A DNA stretch of 64,000 nt from NCBI GenBank assembly GCA_030826715.1, contig JAUUDL010000115.1, forward strand, positions 346 through 64,345. Direction: 5' to 3'. The notes beneath the pieces were generated by a model. That model ran no database searches and was not told where the DNA came from. It saw only the letters and a program-made list of their open reading frames with translations. Source of the stretch: Hydrogenimonas sp. GTDB taxonomy: Bacteria > Campylobacterota > Campylobacteria > Campylobacterales > Hydrogenimonadaceae. Every line of letters begins with the position of its first letter. Position 1 is the first letter of the stretch. Below, in pieces: positions 57,405-64,000 of this stretch. The position numbers and the translations under genes were made by a program.

Positions 57405-59615
57405 ATGCAACAGGATCTCGCCGAAATATTGAAGGCACACAAACTCTCCGAAGAGGATTTTGAACATATCAAGCAGATATTGGGCCGAATTCCCAACATC
57501 GTGGAAATCGGGATATTCAGTGCGATGTGGAGCGAACACTGCAGCTACAAATCGAGCAAGAAATATCTTCGCGGCTTTCCCACCGAAGCGCCGTGGGTCA
57601 TCCAGGGTCCGGGCGAAAACGCCGGGGTTATCGACATCGGCGACGGATATGCAGCCGTTTTCAAAATGGAGAGCCACAACCATCCAAGCTTCATCGAACC
57701 CTATCAGGGGGCGGCGACGGGCGTAGGCGGCATTTTGCGCGACGTCTTTACGATGGGCGCACGGCCCGTGGCCAATCTCAATGCGCTCAGATTCGGGCGC
57801 GTGCGCGGCGACGACCAGAGCGCGGCCTACCAACGCCATCTCGTCCGCGGCGTCGTCGCGGGCATCGGCGGTTACGGCAACTGCATGGGCGTGCCCACCG
57901 TGGGCGGAGAAACCTTTTTCGACGACAGCTACAACGGCAATATTCTGGTCAACGCCTTTACGCTGGGGATCGCCAAATCGGACGAGATATTCTACGGCAA
58001 GGCCGAAGGCATAGGCAACCCCGTCATCTACGTCGGCTCCAAAACCGGCCGCGACGGTCTGGGTGGTGCGGTGATGAGTTCCGACAGCTTCACCGAAGAG
58101 TCCAAATCGTTGCGCCCCACGGTGCAGGTGGGCGACCCCTTCACCGAAAAGCTGCTGCTCGAAGCGTGCTTGGAACTCTTCAAGACCGATTACGTCGTCG
58201 GTATCCAGGATATGGGCGCGGCGGGCCTGACCTCCAGCTCGTTCGAGATGGCTGGCCGCAGCGGCAGCGGTATGCGGATGGACTTGGACAAGGTCCCGAT
58301 GCGCGAAGAGGGGATGACCCCTTACGACCTGATGCTGAGCGAATCGCAGGAGCGCATGCTCATCTGCGCGCGTAAAGGAACCGAAGAGAAGATCATCGAA
58401 ATCTTCAAGAAGTGGGAACTCGACTGCGCCGTCATCGGTGAAGTGACCGACACGGGATTGATGGAACTCTACTGGCATGGCAAAAAGGTCGCCGAAGTGC
58501 CGGTCGATCCCGTCAGCGAAGAGGCCCCGGTGCTCGACCGCCCCACGGCTCGCCCGAAATATCTCGACGAAATCAAAAGTATCAATATCGACAATTACGA
58601 TCTTCCGAGCAATCAGGAGGCGTTTGAAACACTCGTGCAGTCGATCGAAGTGGTCGACAAAGCGTGGGTCTACGACCAGTACGATTCGATGGTCCAGACC
58701 AATACGATCAAAAACGGCGGCAAACTCGACGCCTCGGTGATCCGCGTCAAGGAGAACGGCCGAGCTGTTGCGATGAGCAGCGACTGCAACCCACGCTACT
58801 GCTACATCGACCCCAGAGGCGGGGCGGCGGCGGCCGTCATCGAATCGGGCCGGAACGTCGCGATGAGCGGCGCAAAGCCGCTGGCCATCACCGACTGCCT
58901 CAACTACGGCAACCCCGAAAACCCCGAAGTGATGTGGCAGTTTGCCCAGGGTTGTGAAGGGATCAAGGAGGCGTGCCAGAAACTCAACACACCCGTGACC
59001 GGCGGCAATGTCTCGCTCTACAACGAAACCAACGGTGTCAGCGTTTTCCCCACCCCGACCATCGCGATGGTGGGGGTCAATGACGACCAGCATAATGTAC
59101 TGCCTTCTTCATTCCAGAAAGAGGGGAATGCCATCATGCTCATCGGCGAGACCCGCAAAGAGTTCGGCGGCAGCCTCTATATGAAAGAGCTTTTCAAAAC
59201 CGTCGGCGGCACACTGCCCGAAATCGACTACGACAAAGAGCTGTCACTCTGGGATCTGGTAATAGAAGCCAACAAAAAAGATCTCATCGAAGCCGCCAAA
59301 GATCTCAATGTCGGCGGCCTGGCAATCGCGGTAGCAAAAATGGCGGCAGTCGGAGGCAAAGGGGCCGAGGTCACGGCCGATCTGGGTGAAGAAATCAACA
59401 TCTTCAGCGAATCTTTCGCCCGCGCCATTCTCGAAGTGGCACCTGAAAATGTCGATGCTGTGGCACAGTTAGCCAAAGAACGTGGCCTGAAATGCCAAAA
59501 GATCGGCAACGTAGGCGGTGACAGCGTAAAAATCAACGACATCGAAATGACGATGACAAAACTGAGTGACCTCTACTTCAACACCTTCCGACGCATCATC
59601 GAACAGGATATCTAA
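57405..59615 (+). CDS. purL: Phosphoribosylformylglycinamidine synthase subunit PurL (small type)
   Basis: [37 protein letters not shown]. Confidence 0.97.
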   Translation: MQQDLAEILKAHKLSEEDFEHIKQILGRIPNIVEIGIFSAMWSEHCSYKSSKKYLRGFPTEAPWVIQGPGENAGVIDIGDGYAAVFKMESHNHPSFIEPYQGAATGVGGILRDVFTMGARPVANLNALRFGRVRGDDQSAAYQRHLVRGVVAGIGGYGNCMGVPTVGGETFFDDSYNGNILVNAFTLGIAKSDEIFYGKAEGIGNPVIYVGSKTGRDGLGGAVMSSDSFTEESKSLRPTVQVGDPFTEKLLLEACLELFKTDYVVGIQDMGAAGLTSSSFEMAGRSGSGMRMDLDKVPMREEGMTPYDLMLSESQERMLICARKGTEEKIIEIFKKWELDCAVIGEVTDTGLMELYWHGKKVAEVPVDPVSEEAPVLDRPTARPKYLDEIKSINIDNYDLPSNQEAFETLVQSIEVVDKAWVYDQYDSMVQTNTIKNGGKLDASVIRVKENGRAVAMSSDCNPRYCYIDPRGGAAAAVIESGRNVAMSGAKPLAITDCLNYGNPENPEVMWQFAQGCEGIKEACQKLNTPVTGGNVSLYNETNGVSVFPTPTIAMVGVNDDQHNVLPSSFQKEGNAIMLIGETRKEFGGSLYMKELFKTVGGTLPEIDYDKELSLWDLVIEANKKDLIEAAKDLNVGGLAIAVAKMAAVGGKGAEVTADLGEEINIFSESFARAILEVAPENVDAVAQLAKERGLKCQKIGNVGGDSVKINDIEMTMTKLSDLYFNTFRRIIEQDI

Positions 59616-59633
59616 GCGGGGCTATGCCCCGCT
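59615..59633 (+). terminator. Hairpin after purL
   Basis: agcggggc-tat-gccccgct; no clear U tract. Confidence 0.55.
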
Positions 59634-59839
59634 GGATATCGCAATAGATGAAGAGAGCAACGAATTCTATTTCTGCTTTTTGGCCCTAGTTCAATTTAGA
59701 AGTGCCATGATTGTTTTCACGATCCATCTGAAAGATATAGGCCCGTTTCCCTCACTCACAACTGCATAAAAACTTAACATGGTTCTATGGATATACTGTT
59801 AATTTCATACGAAAAATAGAAGATTCATTGAAGTGGACA

Positions 59840-59864
59840 TGAACCGGGAGAAGATCCCGGTTCA
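59840..59864 (-). terminator. Hairpin after glnA
   Basis: tgaaccggga-gaaga-tcccggttca. Confidence 0.65.
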
Positions 59865-59869
59865 CTAGT

Positions 59870-61300
59870 TTAGCAAGAGTAGGTGGAGCTGAATTCGAAC
59901 GGTGTCGGTCGGGCTTCGTCCGGCCATACTTGCGTTTCGAATTTATAGTGTTGATAGGTATCAATGAACTCTTCGGTAAAGACCGGTTTGAGGAATTCAT
60001 GGTCTCTGATGAGTGCTTCGAGTGCCTCTCTGAGGGTATGGGGCATTTGAGGAATGTTTTTCTCTCTGATTTCATCAAGTGTCAGTTCGAAGAGGTCGAT
60101 ATCCATCGGTCCCACAGGTACGTATTTGTTTTTGATGCCATCGATTCCGGCCATCAGCAGTGCCGCGAATGCGAGGTAGGGGCAAGAGCTTGAGTCAGGA
60201 AATCTTGTCTCGATTCTGGTAGCCATCTCACCCGCACCGTAAGGGATACGACAGGCGGCGGATCGATTCTGGCTGGAGTAAGTCAGAATGCTTGGCGCTT
60301 CAAATCCCGGAATGAGTCGTTTATATGAGTTTGTAGTGGGGTTGGTCAAGGCTGCGACGGCGTGGGCATGCTTGAAGACACCGCCAAGATAGTGGAGTGC
60401 CGTTTCACTGAGGTTGCCATATTTGCCTTCTTCGTAAAAGAGGTTTTTGCCATTTTTCCAGATAGACTGGTGGACGTGCATACCGTTACCGTTGTCACCA
60501 TAGAGCGGTTTTGGCATAAATGTCGCCGTCTTGCCATTGAGGTGGGCGACCATCTTGACGACATATTTATATTTCTGAACATTGTCCGCCGCTTCGATAA
60601 GCGTACCGAATTTGATACCGATCTCTCCCTGTGCCTGGGCCACTTCGTGGTGTCCGAGCACGACTTCCAGGCCCACTTCTTCCATCACCTGCATCATCTC
60701 GGCTCTGAGATCGACCATAGAGTCGGTCGGCATGGTCGGGAAGTATCCGCCTTTGGTACCCGGTCGGTGACCGATGTTGGGCATATCTTCGTAGTTTTTG
60801 TCGTAACTCCATTCACCTTCATCAGATTCTACTTTGTAGCCCGATTTGTTGATACCTGTCCAGATCTGTATATTGTCGAAGATGAAAAATTCATTTTCGG
60901 GTCCAAAATAGGCGATATCGGCGATACCCTGCTCATCAAGATACTTCAGCGCTTTTTTGGCGATACTTCTTGGACACTTTTCATAGAGATCACCTTTGTA
61001 GATATCGTAGACGTCACAGATGACACAGACGGTAGAATCGGCAGTGAAAGGGTCCAAAAATGCGGTAGGAACATCAGGCTTGAGCATCATGTCAGATTTT
61101 TCGATCGGCTGCCATGCATCGACAGAAGAACCGTCGAAAGGGATGCCATTTTCGAGCATATCCTTACCTACAGCACTCAGGCGATAGGTGATATGGTGCC
61201 ATGCGCCTTTCATATCGGTGAATCTGAAGTCCACAAACTCTACTTCGTTTGCCTTACAGTACTCGTAGAACTCATCCACACTGTTTACGAATTTTCCCAT
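59870..61300 (-). CDS. glnA: Glutamine synthetase type I
   Basis: [41 protein letters not shown]; start at MGKFVN after the GGAG RBS. Confidence 0.98.
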   Translation of the reverse strand: MGKFVNSVDEFYEYCKANEVEFVDFRFTDMKGAWHHITYRLSAVGKDMLENGIPFDGSSVDAWQPIEKSDMMLKPDVPTAFLDPFTADSTVCVICDVYDIYKGDLYEKCPRSIAKKALKYLDEQGIADIAYFGPENEFFIFDNIQIWTGINKSGYKVESDEGEWSYDKNYEDMPNIGHRPGTKGGYFPTMPTDSMVDLRAEMMQVMEEVGLEVVLGHHEVAQAQGEIGIKFGTLIEAADNVQKYKYVVKMVAHLNGKTATFMPKPLYGDNGNGMHVHQSIWKNGKNLFYEEGKYGNLSETALHYLGGVFKHAHAVAALTNPTTNSYKRLIPGFEAPSILTYSSQNRSAACRIPYGAGEMATRIETRFPDSSSCPYLAFAALLMAGIDGIKNKYVPVGPMDIDLFELTLDEIREKNIPQMPHTLREALEALIRDHEFLKPVFTEEFIDTYQHYKFETQVWPDEARPTPFEFSSTYSC

Positions 61301-61330
61301 TTTAGCTCCTGTGATTTTTGAAGTAACGCC

Positions 61331-61388
61331 ATTATAACAAAATTGCCATAGTAAAGAAGGTAAGTTCATTGTTTAAAAATTAATCAAT
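61331..61388 (-). promoter_or_regulatory. glnA promoter: extended -10 TGtTATAAT and palindrome ATTGTTTA-N5-TAATCAAT
   Basis: -10 at 61336-61331; palindrome at 61368-61388 with one mismatch to the nrtA site. Confidence 0.6.
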
Positions 61389-61544
61389 TTATGATCAACA
61401 TCTATAAAAATTGCACTTTATTTACACTTGAAACTGGGTTTTTCATTAAAACAGACTCACCAAAGCTATATAGGTGTTATCATAATCTCTCCATAAACAC
61501 AAAAAAGCTATAATTCCGAAAATTTTATTGACAGGACAGCGAGC

Positions 61545-63077
61545 ATGCGAGCATTGATCAGCGTAAGCGACAAGACGGGCGTAGTGGAGTTTGCCAAAGG
61601 ACTCGAGAAGTTGGGATTCGAGATCGTTTCGACAGGCGGAACCTACAGGATTCTCAAAGAGAACGGTGTCGATGCCATCGAGATCGACGAGGTGACAAAG
61701 TTTCCCGAATGTTTCGAGGGGCGGGTAAAAACGCTCAATCCCTATATTCACGGCGGTATTTTGCATCGGCGCGACAAGCAGAGCCATCTGAATCAGGCCA
61801 GAGAACTTGGCGTCGAGGCGATCGACCTGGTGTGCGTGAATCTCTACCCGTTCAAAGCGACGATCGAGCGGACCGACGACTTCGAAGAGATCATCGAAAA
61901 CATCGATATCGGTGGACCGGCGATGGTTCGCAGCGCAGCGAAAAATTTCGATAGTGTCATCATCGTCACCGATCCTTCCGATTACGCCCCGGTACTCGAC
62001 GCGTTAAAAAGCGGAAACAATACGCTCGAAATGCGTCGAAACCTGATGATCAAGGCGTTCGAGCATACGGCCGCCTACGACAGCATGATCGCCAACTATA
62101 TGAACCGTCGCTTTAACGAGGGTTTCGGCGCGAAACAGTTCATCGTGGGATCGAAAGTCTTCAACACCCGTTATGGCGAAAACCCCCATCAAAAAGGGGC
62201 GCTCTATGAATTCGAAGACTTTTACACCGAAAACTTCAAAACCCTCAAGGGTGAAGCGAGCTTCAACAATCTGACCGACATCAGCGGCGCTGTGAAGATC
62301 GCGGCGGCATTCGGCGATGAAAACGCTGTCTGCATCGTCAAGCACGGCAATCCATGCGGTTTCGCCATTCGTGACAATCTGATCGACGCCTATACCGAAG
62401 CGCTCAAATGCGACCCCGTTTCGGCTTTCGGCGGTGTCGTGGCGGTCAACGGCACGGTCGATAAAGCGCTGGCGGAGAAGATGAACGAGATTTTCCTCGA
62501 AGTGGTGATCGCCGGACGCATTACCCCCGAAGCGCAGGAGGTCTTCGCCTCCAAGAAGCGGATCAAACTCTTTGAGTTCGGTGCCGACAAGCTGCTTGTC
62601 AGTGACGATGCATACGACTTCAAACATATCTCGGGCGGCTTCGTCTACCAGGATGCCGACAAGGTCAAAGAAGAAGAGGTGGCCAATGCCGAACGCAAGA
62701 GCAAGCGCGAAGCGACCGAGCAGGAGAAGAAAGATATGCAGATTGCCTGGAAAGTGGCGGCCATGACCAAATCCAACTGTGTCGTCTATGTCAAAAATGC
62801 CGCCATGGTCGCTGTTGGCATGGGGATGACAAGCCGCGTCGACGCCGCACGCTGTGCCCTGAAAAAGGCCGAAGAGATGGGACTGGACGTCACCGGTGCG
62901 GCGATGGCCAGCGAAGCCTTCTTCCCTTTCCGAGACTCTATCGACGCGGCGGCCGCCGCGGGTGTGAAAGCGATCATCGAACCGGGCGGGTCGATCCGTG
63001 ACGACGAAGTGATCGAAGCGGCCGACGAACACGGCATCGCTCTCTACTTCACCGGCATTCGTCACTTTCTCCATTAA
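61545..63077 (+). CDS. purH: Bifunctional AICAR transformylase/IMP cyclohydrolase
   Basis: [41 protein letters not shown]. Confidence 0.98.
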   Translation: MRALISVSDKTGVVEFAKGLEKLGFEIVSTGGTYRILKENGVDAIEIDEVTKFPECFEGRVKTLNPYIHGGILHRRDKQSHLNQARELGVEAIDLVCVNLYPFKATIERTDDFEEIIENIDIGGPAMVRSAAKNFDSVIIVTDPSDYAPVLDALKSGNNTLEMRRNLMIKAFEHTAAYDSMIANYMNRRFNEGFGAKQFIVGSKVFNTRYGENPHQKGALYEFEDFYTENFKTLKGEASFNNLTDISGAVKIAAAFGDENAVCIVKHGNPCGFAIRDNLIDAYTEALKCDPVSAFGGVVAVNGTVDKALAEKMNEIFLEVVIAGRITPEAQEVFASKKRIKLFEFGADKLLVSDDAYDFKHISGGFVYQDADKVKEEEVANAERKSKREATEQEKKDMQIAWKVAAMTKSNCVVYVKNAAMVAVGMGMTSRVDAARCALKKAEEMGLDVTGAAMASEAFFPFRDSIDAAAAAGVKAIIEPGGSIRDDEVIEAADEHGIALYFTGIRHFLH

Positions 63078-63092
63078 TATATTAATGAATAT

Positions 63093-63117
63093 GAAGATGC
63101 AGTGACGCTGCATCTTC
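63093..63117 (+). terminator. Hairpin after purH
   Basis: gaagatgcag-tgacg-ctgcatcttc. Confidence 0.65.
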
Positions 63118-63165
63118 TCCCCAACTTTCCCACTTCATCTATTTGCTATCGTCAACCTCTATAAA

Positions 63166-63200
63166 CTTGATTGACCTAGACTAAATCTTTATGATATAAT
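63166..63200 (+). promoter_or_regulatory. HAIR-like (HspR) operator and extended -10 of cbpA
   Basis: CTTGATT-N7-ACTAAAT (63166-63186) against HAIR consensus CTTGAGT-N7-ACTCAAG; TGaTATAAT at 63192-63200. Confidence 0.6.
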
Positions 63201-63239
63201 GGCGCAAAAAATTGGACAAGTCAACAAAAAGGAGTAGGC

Positions 63240-64000
63240 ATGAGTAAAAGCCTATACGAAACACTGGGTGTGAGTGAAAACGCATCCGCAGACGAAATAA
63301 AACGTGCCTATCGCAAACTCGCGAGAAAATACCATCCCGATATCAACAAAGATCCGGGAGCCGAAGAGAAATTCAAAGAGATCAATGCGGCCTACGAAGT
63401 TTTGAGCGACCCCGAAAAGAAGAAGCAGTATGACCAGTTCGGCGACCAGATGTTCGGTGGTCAGAACTTCCACGACTTCGCACAGGGCCAAGGCGGTAAC
63501 GTCGACCTCGACGAAATTCTGAGAAATATCTTCGGCGGCGGTTTTGGCGGCTTCGGTGGCGCCGGATCGGCCCGCGGCGGTTTCGGTGGCTTCAGCAGCG
63601 GCGGCTTCGGCGGCTTCGATATGGGAGGAATGGGTGGCATGGGTGCGCCCGATCTCGACATTCACGCCAAAATCACCATTCCTTTCAATGTCGCGGTAGA
63701 GGGTGGCACCCACAGCCTTTCGATCAACGGAGAGACATTCGATATCCGCATTCCGCCGGGTGTCAAAACCGGAGAGACACTGCGCATTCGCGGTAAAGGA
63801 AAGAGTTATAACGGTCAGCGCGGCGACCTTCTTTTGAAGATCGAAGTAGCCCCGAGCCCCGAATACGAACGCAAAGGTGACGATCTTTACAAAACGATCG
63901 ACATCCCTTTGAAGATCGCGATGTTCGGCGGCAAGATCAAGGTGCCCACTCTCGAAAAAGAGATTACGCTCAAAGTTCCCAAAAACACGAAAAACGGACA
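63240..64000 (+). CDS. cbpA: DnaJ-class co-chaperone without zinc finger (CbpA-like), runs off the window end; not in the ORF track
   Basis: [11 protein letters not shown]...[12 protein letters not shown]-domain, G/F-rich linker, then C-terminal domain with no CxxCxGxG repeats; AGGAG RBS. Confidence 0.88.
   Translation, partial: MSKSLYETLGVSENASADEIKRAYRKLARKYHPDINKDPGAEEKFKEINAAYEVLSDPEKKKQYDQFGDQMFGGQNFHDFAQGQGGNVDLDEILRNIFGGGFGGFGGAGSARGGFGGFSSGGFGGFDMGGMGGMGAPDLDIHAKITIPFNVAVEGGTHSLSINGETFDIRIPPGVKTGETLRIRGKGKSYNGQRGDLLLKIEVAPSPEYERKGDDLYKTIDIPLKIAMFGGKIKVPTLEKEITLKVPKNTKNG

Noticed and set aside
57246-59093. 615-aa minus-strand ORF, and similar long antisense ORFs over cysS, yidC, mnmE, glmS and purH
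   Set aside because: Fully opposite well-supported housekeeping genes; typical shadow ORFs
59634-59839. About 200-nt gap between purL and glnA with short ORFs
   Set aside because: No RBS-supported ORF, recognisable motif or strong structure beyond the two flanking hairpins
63530-63650. ggcggtttc-like low-complexity repeats
   Set aside because: They encode the normal G/F-rich linker of DnaJ-family proteins

Overview
64-kb chromosomal segment, inferred from gene content and order to come from a free-living Campylobacterota (Epsilonproteobacteria; Hydrogenimonas/Nitratiruptor-like; GC roughly mid-50% by eye). It is mostly core genes: rseP-pgsA-SDR-dapA-M16 peptidase-pyrD, cysS-murJ, fapA-ruvA-ddl-murF, gltA, hrpB, rpmH-rnpA-yidD-yidC-jag-mnmE-glmS, purL, glnA, purH and cbpA. 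Accessory blocks are a monomeric class II (B12) ribonucleotide reductase with an LdtD/MepK pair, an msbA-like gene coupled to a CtpA-like phosphatase, a metal-uptake operon, a nitrate-type ABC importer with a porin, and a cytochrome/DUF3373-like porin cluster. No tRNA, rRNA, CRISPR array, transposase or integrase was seen. Best candidate system: an apparently leaderless upstream ORF (34473-34748, minus) with a signal-like N-terminus, HHH and CxxC motifs and a C-terminal RSPP (RAPP-like arrest motif). Its last codons form a perfect 8-bp helix with the Shine-Dalgarno of the downstream porin/SBP/permease operon, which suggests metal-sensing ribosome-stalling control. Also notable: a shared ATTG(A/T)TTA-N5-TAATCAAT palindrome at matching positions upstream of glnA and the nitrate-type ABC operon, a four-hairpin intergenic element, an anti-SD hairpin upstream of the DUF3373-like gene, and an rnpA that can only start at a non-canonical codon. 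All product calls rest on motif recognition by eye; no database searches were run.
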